Of a stretch of DNA of 64,000 nucleotides, positions 8,175 through 17,530 are shown in pieces (position 1 is the first letter of the stretch; the number at the start of each line of letters is the position of its first letter). A model generated the notes under the pieces. The model saw nothing but the letters and a program-made list of their open reading frames with translations. It was not told the origin of the DNA and did no database searches. Position numbers and translations under genes: made by a program. The DNA is from Spirochaetaceae bacterium (lineage in GTDB: Bacteria; Spirochaetota; Spirochaetia; DSM-27196; Alkalispirochaetaceae): the NCBI GenBank assembly GCA_046541355.1, contig JBKHDM010000001.1, positions 1,014-65,013 of the forward strand. The letters run 5' to 3'.

Positions 8175-10118
8175 TCAGAGGATCTCGAACTCCGCCCTGC
8201 GCTCCTCCACGGAGACCGACTTGATCCGTGCGGTCACCCGGCCGCCGAGCTGGTAGACCTTGCCGCTTTTCTCCCCGACGCACCGAAAGTTCTCCTGGTC
8301 ATACTTGTAAAAGTCGTCCTTCAGCCCCTTGAGGGGGACGAGACCCTCGATGAGGTAGCGGCTGAGCTCCACAAAAATCCCGAAGGAGGTTACCCCTGAG
8401 ATCACCCCTTCGTAGCTGTTGCCGATCCGCCGGGAGAGAAACTCAAGAGACTTGATCTTGGTGTACTCCCGCTCCGCGGCGACGGCGAGTTTCTCCCGCT
8501 CCGAGCTCTGGGCGCACGCTGTATCGAGGAACTTCTGAAGCCCCCTCGCCGGCTTCGGCCCGCCGCGCCCGCTGTCCTGGGGGAGGTAGCGTTTGAGAAG
8601 GCGGTGGACGAGAAGATCCGGGTAGCGGCGGATCGGCGAGGTGAAGTGGGTGTAAGCTTCAAAGGCGAGACCGAAGTGGCCTTTGTTGACCGTTGAGTAG
8701 ACAGCCTTGGTCATCGATGAGAGGGCGATCTGCTCTACGAACTCCCGCTGCTCGAGGTTTTCAAAGGTTTTGAGAATGTTGCGGTAATCCTCGGGGCCGA
8801 CCCGTTCACCTACCTTGTACTTGATACCGAGGTTCGAGACCGCCTGGAGAAATGAGTCTATCTCCTCCCGTTCCGGCCGCTGGTGGATCCGGTAGACGAA
8901 GGGCAGCTCCTTTTTCCACTTTATCTCCAGTCCAATAACCGTCTCCGCAACAATCCGGTTGGCCAGAAGCATGAACTCCTCGATAAGTCTGTGAGCGTTG
9001 AGCCTCTCTTTCGGCTTGATCTGTCGCGGGATCCCCTCCCGGTCGAGGGTGATGTGCTGCTCGGTCATGTCGAAGTCGATACTCCCCGCCTCGGAACGGC
9101 GCTGCCGCAGCGTTGAAGCGACCAGTTGAAGCAGATGAATCTGGGAGGCGTACTTGTGGGACGAGCCTTTAAGGATGCCCTCGGCCTCCTCGTAGGAAAA
9201 GCGTTGGTGAGAGCGGATGACCGTCTCGACGATCTCGGAGTTGTGGACCTCCCCCCGGGAGTCCAACTGCATGATTACCGAGTAGGCGAGGCGGTCTTCC
9301 TTCGGTCTGAGGCTGCACAGGTCATTGGAGAGCCGCTCCGGGAGCATCGGGATCACGCTCTGTACAAAGTAGACCGAGGTCCCCCGATTAAACGCCTCCC
9401 GGTCGATTGTGTCGCCCTCCCCGACAAAGGCGCCTACGTCGGCGATGTGGACCGCGACCTCGAAAAGACCGCTTTCGAGCTGCCGTATCGCGACCGCGTC
9501 GTCAAAGTCCTTCGCATCCTTCGGGTCGATGGTAAAGCACGGCCACTCCCGCAGGTCCCGCCGCCGATTGAGCTCCCTCGAAAGCCGTGGAAAGGAGAGT
9601 TTCTCCGCACTCTTCTCAACCTCCGTCGGAAAGCTCAACGGGAGTCCCTTTGACCTGGCCACGAGCTTCAGGTCCATCCCGGGCTCGTCGGGCCGACCGA
9701 GGACCTCGACCACCTTGCCGAGGGGCTTCTCCTTCGGGTTGCGCCACTCCTTGAGCTGGGCCACGACGACCAATCCGTCCGCAAGCCCTCTGACCTTTCC
9801 GACCTCTCCCTTCGGTATCCGCAACGATGCGGGGAGCTTCTGGTCTTCAGGGTAGACCTTGCCGCCCTCCCCGTCGGTGTGAAACAGACCGACAATGTTT
9901 CGCCCGGAGCGCTCGACAATGGCGATGATCCGGCCCGCCGGTTTGGCGCTCGAGCTTCTTGAAAATACCTCGACGGTGACGGTGTCACCGTCCATCGCGG
10001 TCCCCCGGTTTTCGTAGTCCACGAAAATGTCCGGGCCGTCGTTGTTTCGGACGAAGCCGAACCCTTTGGCCGACATGGTCAGCATACCGGTAACCCGGCT
10101 TGGTTTACGTTTGTTCAT
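8175..10118 (-). CDS. rnr: Ribonuclease R (RNB family 3'-5' exoribonuclease)
   Basis: 647 aa. N-terminal cold-shock/OB region (GFGFVR), an RNB catalytic domain (CFTIDPKDAKDFDDAV), and a C-terminal S1 domain (GVISGVTSFGIFVEL). Confidence 0.9.
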   Translation of the reverse strand: MNKRKPSRVTGMLTMSAKGFGFVRNNDGPDIFVDYENRGTAMDGDTVTVEVFSRSSSAKPAGRIIAIVERSGRNIVGLFHTDGEGGKVYPEDQKLPASLRIPKGEVGKVRGLADGLVVVAQLKEWRNPKEKPLGKVVEVLGRPDEPGMDLKLVARSKGLPLSFPTEVEKSAEKLSFPRLSRELNRRRDLREWPCFTIDPKDAKDFDDAVAIRQLESGLFEVAVHIADVGAFVGEGDTIDREAFNRGTSVYFVQSVIPMLPERLSNDLCSLRPKEDRLAYSVIMQLDSRGEVHNSEIVETVIRSHQRFSYEEAEGILKGSSHKYASQIHLLQLVASTLRQRRSEAGSIDFDMTEQHITLDREGIPRQIKPKERLNAHRLIEEFMLLANRIVAETVIGLEIKWKKELPFVYRIHQRPEREEIDSFLQAVSNLGIKYKVGERVGPEDYRNILKTFENLEQREFVEQIALSSMTKAVYSTVNKGHFGLAFEAYTHFTSPIRRYPDLLVHRLLKRYLPQDSGRGGPKPARGLQKFLDTACAQSSEREKLAVAAEREYTKIKSLEFLSRRIGNSYEGVISGVTSFGIFVELSRYLIEGLVPLKGLKDDFYKYDQENFRCVGEKSGKVYQLGGRVTARIKSVSVEERRAEFEIL

Positions 10119-10224
10119 TGTGTAGTGGTTACAGTGTAGCGAGAAGGCAGCCCGAGGTCACACCCCCCGGGGTCCGGGTGTCCTGGTGACTGAGCCTCCC
10201 CGGGGCGATACCGGCGTCACCGGG

Positions 10225-11268
10225 TCAGACGAGTTTTCCGAACCAGAGAAGGGAGAGCACCGCAGCTGCGATGGCGAGGACCGCGCCAACCGCGGCGAAG
10301 GCAAAGGTGATCTCCGTCTCCTCCCGCTCCTCGATGAGCTGGGTGCCTATGGACTCGTATATCTCGGTGAGGCCCTGTTCCGAGTCCGCCCGATAGTAGG
10401 ATCCCCGGGTCCGCTCGGCGATCTCCTCGAGGGTGGCCTCGTCGAGTTGCACCCGCATGCGACGACCGAAGAAGCTGATAACCGAGCCCTCCTCGGTACC
10501 GAGGCCGACGGTGTAGACCCGAACGCCGAGATTTGCCGCGAGGTCCGCCGCCTGCAGCGGGTCGGGACCGGTTGTCGTCTCCCCGTCGGTGAGGATAATA
10601 ATCACCGCCGACTGGTAGCTCCCGGGGTCCACCGGCACGATGCCGCTGGTCTCGATATCCCGGATCATCCCGAAGGGGTTACCCTGATCCGCCCGAGGGT
10701 TCGGTGGGAGGATCTCTACCTGGAAATCCGAGTCCTCGTAGACGGTCATCAGAGAGGTTATGAGCCCGCTGCCCACGGCGGTACCTTGCTGGTACTGGAA
10801 CCGCTCGATCGCCTCGAAAATCTCCTGACGGTCAAAGGTGGGAGCCTGTACCACCGAGGAGGTGCCGGCAAAGGCGACCACTCCTATCCGGATATCCCTC
10901 GGTTGGGCCTCCACAAAGGCGCGTGCGGCGGTCTGGGAGGCAATGAGCCGATTAGGTTCCACATCCGTGGCCCGCATGCTTCCGGAAATATCCATCGCCA
11001 GGATCACCGTTCCCCTCTGGATCGGGAGGGTGAGATAGGTCTGGGGACGCCCGAGGGAGAGCAGCAGGGAGGCGAGGGCGAGAAGGAGAAGCGCCGCGGG
11101 GAGGTGACGCTTGAGGGCGGAGACCTTGCCGGAGGCCGCCTTTATGGTCGTGAGGCTCGCGTAGCGGAGAGCTCGACTCTTTTTGCGCCTCAGAACAACT
11201 ATGTAGAGCGCCACCAGTGCCGGAAGCACCAGAAGCAGCCAGAGCATGTTAGGCCATAGGAACGACAC
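10225..11268 (-). CDS. VWA domain protein, BatA-like
   Basis: 347 aa. N-terminal TM pair, a VWA MIDAS motif (LAMDISGSM), and a C-terminal TM. It overlaps the upstream DUF58 gene by 20 nt. Confidence 0.8.
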   Translation of the reverse strand: MSFLWPNMLWLLLVLPALVALYIVVLRRKKSRALRYASLTTIKAASGKVSALKRHLPAALLLLALASLLLSLGRPQTYLTLPIQRGTVILAMDISGSMRATDVEPNRLIASQTAARAFVEAQPRDIRIGVVAFAGTSSVVQAPTFDRQEIFEAIERFQYQQGTAVGSGLITSLMTVYEDSDFQVEILPPNPRADQGNPFGMIRDIETSGIVPVDPGSYQSAVIIILTDGETTTGPDPLQAADLAANLGVRVYTVGLGTEEGSVISFFGRRMRVQLDEATLEEIAERTRGSYYRADSEQGLTEIYESIGTQLIEEREETEITFAFAAVGAVLAIAAAVLSLLWFGKLV

Positions 11269-12187
11269 GACTCTTTCCTCCCTCAGGCGCGCCGGCCACG
11301 CCCCGCGCCTTTCTCAGTTCTGCAAACCGCGCGACAGCGGCGACCAGATCCGCCTCGGTCGACAGCTCGAGGGTATCCACCCCGGCCTCCGAGAGGTTTC
11401 CCCTCACCTCCGCCTCCCGGCGGGCAGCCTCCTCCTCAAAGCGGCGCCGAAACCGGCTGTCCGAGGTGTCGAGAAGAAGCTGCTCTCCCGTCTCGGCGTC
11501 CTGGACGTAGACCATCCCGAGATCCGGTAATTCGAGCTCCATCGGGTCGTAGAGTCTCACGCCGAGCAGCTCGTGTCTCCGGGAGAGCCGTCCGAGAGCC
11601 TCCGACCAGCCTGGTCGGGAGATAAAGTCGGAGATCAGAAAGAGCAGCGAGCGCCTCCGGATCACCGACTCCCCTGCCTCGAGAAGCGCCGTCAGATCGG
11701 TCTCCGGGGCGTGATCCGGCGAGGGCGTGGAGAGCACCCGGTCGAGGAGGTGGAGCGTGTGGCGTCTGCCGGAGCGGGCGGGTACCACCTCACGGGACTC
11801 CCCGTCAAAGATGATCGCCCCGACACGGTTACCGTGACGGGTCAGCAGCCCGGAGAGAACCGAGACAAACTCCTCGAGGAGGGTCCGTTTGCTCACCCCG
11901 GAGGAACCAAAATCCACCGAAGGGCTCATATCGAGGAGAAACCAGGCGGTTACCTCCCGATCCTCGTTGAACTGTCTGACGTAGGGAGTCTGGAGTCGCG
12001 CGGTGATGTTCCAGTCGATGTGTCGCACGTCGTCACCGTACTGGTACTCCCGCAGGTCCGCCAGGTCTACCCCGAAGCCGCGAAAGAGGGTGCGGTAATC
12101 TCCCTGAAGCAGACCGTCGAGACGTCGTATTACGGTCCACTCGATCCGCTCGAGAAGCTTTTGCGGATCACGTCGTGACTTCGACAT
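11249..12187 (-). CDS. DUF58 domain protein
   Basis: 312 aa. YQYGDDVRHIDW is the hallmark DUF58 motif, and the gene is sandwiched between MoxR and VWA as usual. Confidence 0.8.
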   Translation of the reverse strand: MSKSRRDPQKLLERIEWTVIRRLDGLLQGDYRTLFRGFGVDLADLREYQYGDDVRHIDWNITARLQTPYVRQFNEDREVTAWFLLDMSPSVDFGSSGVSKRTLLEEFVSVLSGLLTRHGNRVGAIIFDGESREVVPARSGRRHTLHLLDRVLSTPSPDHAPETDLTALLEAGESVIRRRSLLFLISDFISRPGWSEALGRLSRRHELLGVRLYDPMELELPDLGMVYVQDAETGEQLLLDTSDSRFRRRFEEEAARREAEVRGNLSEAGVDTLELSTEADLVAAVARFAELRKARGVAGAPEGGKSRVVPMA

Positions 12188-13166
12188 GACGCTCCATCGG
12201 CTTATCGGGAATCGGTACGACCTCGAGGAGGCGACGGATCACGGCGTCCGGTGTGATCTGATCGGTCATGGCGCGATAGGAGAGAACCAGCCTGTGGCGC
12301 AGAACATCCGCCGCGCTGTCGAGCAGATCCTCCGGCAGGACATAGTCCCGGCCCCGGAGAAACGCCATCGCCCTGCCCACCTCGATAAGGTGGATTGACG
12401 CCCGGGGACTCGCCCCGTAGACCACATAGGAGGCGAGGTCCGCGGCGCCGGACTCCTGGGGATTACGGGTCGCTGCGACGAGCCGGACGGCAAACTGGAT
12501 GAGAGAGGGATCGACGTATACCTCCCGGCACCGGCGCTGCAGCTCCCTGAGCTGCTCGACGTCGGCGACGCCGTTAACCTCCCGGGGAGGACCGGTCATG
12601 CGATCGACGATGACGAACTCCTCCTCCTCGGAAGGGTAGGTTACCAGAACCTTCATCATGAACCGGTCGACCTGCGCCTCCGGAAGCGGATAGGTCCCCT
12701 CGGTTTCGATCGGGTTCTGGGTCGCCATGACGATAAAGGGTTGGGGCACATCGTAGGTGGTACCGGCGATGGTTACCTGATGCTCCTGCATCACCTCGAG
12801 AAGCGCGCTCTGCACTTTGGCGGGGGCACGGTTGATCTCATCGGCGAGGAGGAGATTGGCGAAAACCGGTCCGAGAGAGACGGCAAACTCGCCGCTTTTC
12901 TGATTGTAGATGCGGGTACCCACCAGATCCGCCGGCACGAGGTCCGGAGTAAACTGGATGCGTCGGTAGCTGCCCCGGACAACCCTCGAAAGCGTCTTTA
13001 CCGTTTTGGTCTTGGCAAGACCCGGGACACCCTCTACCAGGAGGTGCCCCTGGGCAAGAAGGGCGACCATCACCCGTTCGAGAAAGTGGTCCTGTCCAAC
13101 GACGGACTTCTTCACTTCGTAGAGAATCTTTTCCATCACGCCTTTCGGCTCCGGGCTTTCCAGCAC
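12168..13166 (-). CDS. MoxR-family AAA+ ATPase
   Basis: 332 aa. Walker A LVEGVPGLAKT, Walker B LLADEINRA, and MoxR-type spacing with VMATQNP. Confidence 0.9.
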   Translation of the reverse strand: MLESPEPKGVMEKILYEVKKSVVGQDHFLERVMVALLAQGHLLVEGVPGLAKTKTVKTLSRVVRGSYRRIQFTPDLVPADLVGTRIYNQKSGEFAVSLGPVFANLLLADEINRAPAKVQSALLEVMQEHQVTIAGTTYDVPQPFIVMATQNPIETEGTYPLPEAQVDRFMMKVLVTYPSEEEEFVIVDRMTGPPREVNGVADVEQLRELQRRCREVYVDPSLIQFAVRLVAATRNPQESGAADLASYVVYGASPRASIHLIEVGRAMAFLRGRDYVLPEDLLDSAADVLRHRLVLSYRAMTDQITPDAVIRRLLEVVPIPDKPMERHVEVTT

Positions 13167-13178
13167 CTGTTGTACCTC

Positions 13179-14129
13179 CTAAAAGGGAGACTCTCCCGCG
13201 GCGGCGGCGGCGGTCTCGATCGGAACGGCAAAGCCTATCCCGATAAAAACCCGCTGCTCCGTGGGGTTGTAGATCGCGCTCACGATACCGAGGACCTCGC
13301 CGTTACGGTTTACAAGAGGCCCGCCGGAGTTACCTGGGTTGGCTGCGGCGTCGAACTGGATGAGATTATCGAAAACCATCGAGCCGTCCTGGGAGCTGTA
13401 GCGGCGGCCGAGCCCCGAGACGACCCCGGAGGAGACCGAAGGCCCGATACCGAAGGGGTGCCCGACGACGACCACCTCATCCCCGAGGGCGACGTCATCG
13501 GTGCTCACTACAGCCGCCGCGGGAACACCCTCGGGAACCACATCCGCCTCGACCACCGCCAGATCGTTGGAGGGGTCCTGAGAGATGATCCGCCCCTCGG
13601 TTTCGAACCCGTCTGCGAAATTGATGCCGATCCGGGGGGATCCGGCGACCACATGGAGACTGGTCAGGATGATCCCTCCCCGCTGGTCTATCACCACGCC
13701 CGTCCCGACGCCGAGAACGTCACTCTCATCACTCTCCCCGAGACGACTGACCCGCACCACCGACGGTCCAATTATCTCGTGGGCGAGGGCGGCGCTTGAT
13801 CGCTCCGGGGGCATCTGCTCGACAGTCTCCCGGATCGTTTCGGTAAGCTCCTCCTGACTCATCGGTGACTCCCCGCTCCCGAAGAGCAATACCGCAAGGA
13901 GGAGGAGAAGTGCCGCCACAGGGAGCGAGAGGAGGAGGTTCCTCGGACGAAGCGGTCCCGGACGACCGGGGGAGCGCGTTCCACCGTTTTTGGACGGCGG
14001 GGGCTCCTGACTGCCTACGTTCCCTTTCCCCGCCCTGGTGGAGCGCGGGGGCGGGGTCTCAGGAGATCCCGGAATGACGCCCCGTCGGGGAAGCTCGCGA
14101 TCGCTGCTGTAGATTGTTGCTCTACTCAT
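13179..14129 (-). CDS. Membrane-anchored trypsin-like serine protease (S1C/HtrA-like, no PDZ)
   Basis: I chose the internal ATG at 14129 in ORF 13179..14246 because it avoids overlap with the upstream gene. Disordered Pro-rich N-terminus, one TM, and a catalytic triad context of LHVV / NDLAVV / GNSGGPL. Confidence 0.8.
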   Translation of the reverse strand: MSRATIYSSDRELPRRGVIPGSPETPPPRSTRAGKGNVGSQEPPPSKNGGTRSPGRPGPLRPRNLLLSLPVAALLLLLAVLLFGSGESPMSQEELTETIRETVEQMPPERSSAALAHEIIGPSVVRVSRLGESDESDVLGVGTGVVIDQRGGIILTSLHVVAGSPRIGINFADGFETEGRIISQDPSNDLAVVEADVVPEGVPAAAVVSTDDVALGDEVVVVGHPFGIGPSVSSGVVSGLGRRYSSQDGSMVFDNLIQFDAAANPGNSGGPLVNRNGEVLGIVSAIYNPTEQRVFIGIGFAVPIETAAAAAGESPF

Positions 14130-14170
14130 CCTGAAACCTAAGATAATACATTTACACCCCGGGCGGTTAT

Positions 14171-14794
14171 CTATGCATTCGAAAGGTACCACTCTCGGGC
14201 AGCTTCGAGCTCCTCCCGGCCGAATCGGTGTCCCGCCTCGGCCCACCGGATCGTCACCTGGGCGCCGGCGTCCTCGAGTCGGCTGACGAGAGCTTTGGTC
14301 GACTCCTGAGGGATCATCTCATCGAGGGTTCCGGCGGCGATGTAGATCCGTCGACCCGAAAGATCCGGCATCGACTCAGGCTCGATCGGCAGCATCGGCC
14401 GCAGGAGAATCGCCCCGGCGAGGGTCTCGGGCTCGAGAAGGAGGAGGGAGGCGGCTATATTGGCGCCGTTGGAAAAGCCGACGGCCCAGACCTCCGAGCC
14501 GTTGAACCCGTACGCCTCCGTCGCCTCGCCGACAAAGCGAGCGAGCTCGGCGGAGCGAGCCTTGATGTCCTGTTCATCGAAAACTCCCGGTCCGAGGCGA
14601 CGAAAAAACCGCGCCATATCCCCCTCCCGGACGTTTCCCCGGGGGCTGAGGATCTGAGCCTTCGGGTCGATAAACGATCCAAGGTCGACCAGGTCCCTCT
14701 CGTCTCCGCCGGTTCCGTGGAGAAGGAGCAGAGTCCTCGGGCCATCGTTCTCGACCACGATGTGGGTAAAGCCGAAAGAGTCGCCCCGGGTCAC
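14171..14794 (-). CDS. Alpha/beta hydrolase (phospholipase/carboxylesterase family)
   Basis: 207 aa. LLLHGTGGDE and the nucleophile elbow GFSNGA. Confidence 0.8.
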   Translation of the reverse strand: MTRGDSFGFTHIVVENDGPRTLLLLHGTGGDERDLVDLGSFIDPKAQILSPRGNVREGDMARFFRRLGPGVFDEQDIKARSAELARFVGEATEAYGFNGSEVWAVGFSNGANIAASLLLLEPETLAGAILLRPMLPIEPESMPDLSGRRIYIAAGTLDEMIPQESTKALVSRLEDAGAQVTIRWAEAGHRFGREELEAAREWYLSNA

Positions 14795-15750
14795 TTTCCT
14801 GCTCCTGCGGGAACTGTGATCTCCACAAGGGCCGACTCGATCGCTCGGCGCTGCTCTTCGAGGAAGGGAGGAAGGACGAGACTCTCCCCGAGGCTTTCGG
14901 AATCCTCGTCCACGGAAAAGCCGGGACCGTCGGTAGCGATCTCGCAGAGGGCGCCACCCGGCTCCATGACGTAGACCGACCGGAACCAGAACCGGTCGAT
15001 CACCTCCGTCGGCGGCCTTCCCGCGGCCATTACCTGCCGCTGAACCTCTCCCTGCTCTCTATCCCCGGGAACACGCCACGCCACGTGGTGGACCGCCCCG
15101 ACCCCCCACTGCCCGCGACGACCGTCGGGAACCTCCCGTAGATCGATCCGCTGCCCCGCAAGGCCCTCGCCAACGGTGTAGCGGGTCCATCCCTCCTCGG
15201 ACTCCCCCCGCTGAAAGCCGAAGGCCTCGGAGAGAAACCGCTCGGTGGCAGCCGCGTTGCGCTCGAGCAGTCGCGCCCCGGCGAGGCATCTGATCTGGTA
15301 CTCCTCCCCCACCGGACTCGCCGACCACGGGGTAAACTCCAAATCCGGGTAACGCTCTGCCTCCACGAGGGCGAGACGCATACCGTGGGGGTCGGTAAAG
15401 GGGAGCACCTTTTCCCCGAAACGCTCCTCTACCGGAGCCGGGGTAGCCGGGGAGTCTGCAAGCCGCTTCTCCCACCAGCCCACGGTACCCTGGGGAATCG
15501 CGAGGTAGATCTCCTGCCAGAGCGCCACACCATCCCGCTTCGGGCCCATCGAAGGCCAGGGAAAGAAGGTAATATCGGTACCTGGATGACCCTCGCCGTC
15601 GGCGAAAAAGAGATGGTAGGTGTCCGGAACGTCCTGGTTCACCGACCGCTTGACCAGTCGGAGTCCGAGAACCCCAATGTAGAAGTCGACGGTCTCCTGA
15701 GGGTCTCCTGAGATCGCCGTCACGTGATGCATGCCTCGTACCTGTTCCAT
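14791..15750 (-). CDS. Ring-cleaving dioxygenase / VOC (glyoxalase) family protein
   Basis: An internal ATG at 15750 in ORF 14791..16467 gives MEQVRGMHHVTAISGDPQETVDFY. It has two VOC repeats and a 4-nt overlap with the esterase gene. The upstream 239 codons of the ORF are antisense to another gene. Confidence 0.8.
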   Translation of the reverse strand: MEQVRGMHHVTAISGDPQETVDFYIGVLGLRLVKRSVNQDVPDTYHLFFADGEGHPGTDITFFPWPSMGPKRDGVALWQEIYLAIPQGTVGWWEKRLADSPATPAPVEERFGEKVLPFTDPHGMRLALVEAERYPDLEFTPWSASPVGEEYQIRCLAGARLLERNAAATERFLSEAFGFQRGESEEGWTRYTVGEGLAGQRIDLREVPDGRRGQWGVGAVHHVAWRVPGDREQGEVQRQVMAAGRPPTEVIDRFWFRSVYVMEPGGALCEIATDGPGFSVDEDSESLGESLVLPPFLEEQRRAIESALVEITVPAGAGK

Positions 15751-15867
15751 TCGTTCTCCTGACTGTTTTGTGACTCCGTAGAAGGTCCGTAATGTCGTCC
15801 CTCGGGTCAACCGTGAGTTGCTTTTGATCCCCCAGGCAGGTTGCATCGCCCGGGCGAGAAGCCTAGG

Positions 15868-16608
15868 ATGGGGGCAATGAAGCGCTCGGAACGGGACATC
15901 TACGAACCGGTGAGGGCGTACCTCGCCGAGCGAGGCTACCAGGTGGAGGGAGAGGTCCGGGGGTGCGACCTGGTCGCCCGCCGGGGCGAGGAGCTTCTGG
16001 TCGTCGAACTCAAGGCGCGTCTCTCCCTTGCTCTCATCGCCCAGGCGGTGGAACGTCAGGAGTACGCCGACTCGGTCTATGTCGCCGTCCCGGTCGACTC
16101 GGCCACCGCGTATCCGCCCAACTTCGGGCGGACCCGAAAGATCCTGCGACGCCTCGGGCTTGGCGCTCTGCTTGTGCGGTTCCTGAGCCGGTCGGCGCGG
16201 GTTGAGCTTATCTTTCACCCCGATACGTACGAGCCGAGACGTCGCCGGAAAGAGCGTATCGCGGTCATCCGAGAGGTGGACGGACGGGTGGTGGCCGGGG
16301 GCGTCGGCGGCAGCGCTACCCGGGACGGAGAGATCAAGCTCACCGCCTACCGGCAGGCGGCGATACACCTGGCAATCCTCCTCAGGGAGGAGGGCAGCGC
16401 CTCCCCCAGCCGGCTCAGGCGCCTCGGTGGAGCCGAAAAGGCCGCGACGATCCTCCGGGACAACCACTACGGCTGGTTCCGCCGGTTGCGCCGGGGAGTC
16501 TATGCCCTCGACGAGCAGGGGCGGCAGGCCCTCCTGAATCTCGCCCCCCGGATCGGGGCCCTCGAGGCGTCAATCCTGGGAGAGCTCAGAGCGTCCGAGG
16601 AGGTGTGA
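15868..16608 (+). CDS. Predicted PD-(D/E)XK nuclease-fold protein with C-terminal winged-helix-like region
   Basis: Part of ORF 15841..16608; start candidates are the ATGs at 15868 and 15877. The N-terminal YEPVRAYLAERGYQVEGEVRGCDLVARRGEELLVVELK gives an E...D...ExK pattern typical of restriction-endonuclease/Hjc-like folds. Confidence 0.55.
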   Translation: MGAMKRSERDIYEPVRAYLAERGYQVEGEVRGCDLVARRGEELLVVELKARLSLALIAQAVERQEYADSVYVAVPVDSATAYPPNFGRTRKILRRLGLGALLVRFLSRSARVELIFHPDTYEPRRRRKERIAVIREVDGRVVAGGVGGSATRDGEIKLTAYRQAAIHLAILLREEGSASPSRLRRLGGAEKAATILRDNHYGWFRRLRRGVYALDEQGRQALLNLAPRIGALEASILGELRASEEV

Positions 16609-16963
16609 GCCCCGCCTCCCGCCTCGGGTGTGCCCCGACCTCCTGGTCCCAGAGAAAGATCATCATCTTCTCTCTGATCTTCATCAGCTGCCGGACCGTG
16701 AAATCCTCGCTCTCAAAAAGCGCCTCCGGCTCGAGGTCCCGCCCTCCGGCAAGCTCGGCCGCGGCCTCCAGGAGCTCCTCTCCCGCCCGCTCGAGGAGAG
16801 AGACGGTCTTTGCGAGACCGGCCTCATAGCCGCCGCGCCCGCTGTGTCCGACGTGTCCGCTGTGTCCGCCGCGCCCGCTGCCCTCAAGGGCGAAGGGGAT
16901 AACCCTCGCCTCGCCCGCTGCCTCACCGGTGTCGATCAGTTCGACTGCTACGTTCATACCCAT
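16586..16963 (-). CDS. Small hypothetical protein with a Gly/His tripeptide repeat
   Basis: The ATG at 16963 follows GGGAGGA by 6 nt. Third-codon positions are GC-rich. It contains GSGRGGHSGHVGHSGRGG, encoded by five tandem 9-bp units (16833-16877). I recognise no family. Confidence 0.45.
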   Translation of the reverse strand: MGMNVAVELIDTGEAAGEARVIPFALEGSGRGGHSGHVGHSGRGGYEAGLAKTVSLLERAGEELLEAAAELAGGRDLEPEALFESEDFTVRQLMKIREKMMIFLWDQEVGAHPRREAGLTPPRTL

Positions 16964-16976
16964 AGGAGATCCTCCC

Positions 16977-17483
16977 TCATGGGGCTGAGTGTAGTGCCAT
17001 GAGGGTGACACGGATTGTCCCGGCAGCAAGAAATCGTTGCACCTGATCCCAGGCGTAGGCGTAGATACATCCGAGGAGCAAGGACCAGAGGAGCATGCCG
17101 AGGATGAGATAGAGAGGCTTGTGCCGAATGTTTGGAAACAGGTGCATCGAGATGACCGTTGAGACGGGGATCGAGAGTAGAACAGGGTTTAGAATGACGA
17201 CCCCCGGAAATCCGTAGCGCCGCTTGATCCTCGCGAGGCGTTTGATCCGTTTTCTTGAGGGGCGTCGTGGCCCGCCGGTCACCCGTCGGATCCGCGGGGC
17301 GAGGTGGCGCCGCCAGAGCGGAAGAACCAGGTCCGCCAGATACGCGGTGGCGAGGACCCCGACGGCACCGCCGAGATTGGTCCAGAGGTAAGCCTCCCAA
17401 AAATCGAGGGCCGCAAAGGCGACGGGCAGCGTAACCCCGAACTTGAACGTCGACAGACCCGCGATTGCCAGGCGTTGCCACAT
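16977..17483 (-). CDS. Small integral membrane protein (possibly small multidrug-export-like)
   Basis: 168 aa. Four hydrophobic segments with a strongly basic central loop (RRPSRKRIKRLARIKRR). Confidence 0.5.
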   Translation of the reverse strand: MWQRLAIAGLSTFKFGVTLPVAFAALDFWEAYLWTNLGGAVGVLATAYLADLVLPLWRRHLAPRIRRVTGGPRRPSRKRIKRLARIKRRYGFPGVVILNPVLLSIPVSTVISMHLFPNIRHKPLYLILGMLLWSLLLGCIYAYAWDQVQRFLAAGTIRVTLMALHSAP

Positions 17484-17530
17484 GAGGAGTAGTAGCCTAT
17501 CCGGGGGCCGGGAGGGTGTAAAGCGAGGTT

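Noticed and set aside
15751-16467. N-terminal 239-codon extension of the dioxygenase ORF (14791..16467)
   Set aside because: The extension is antisense to the nuclease-like gene and has no homology-like features. The VOC domain begins exactly at the internal ATG at 15750.
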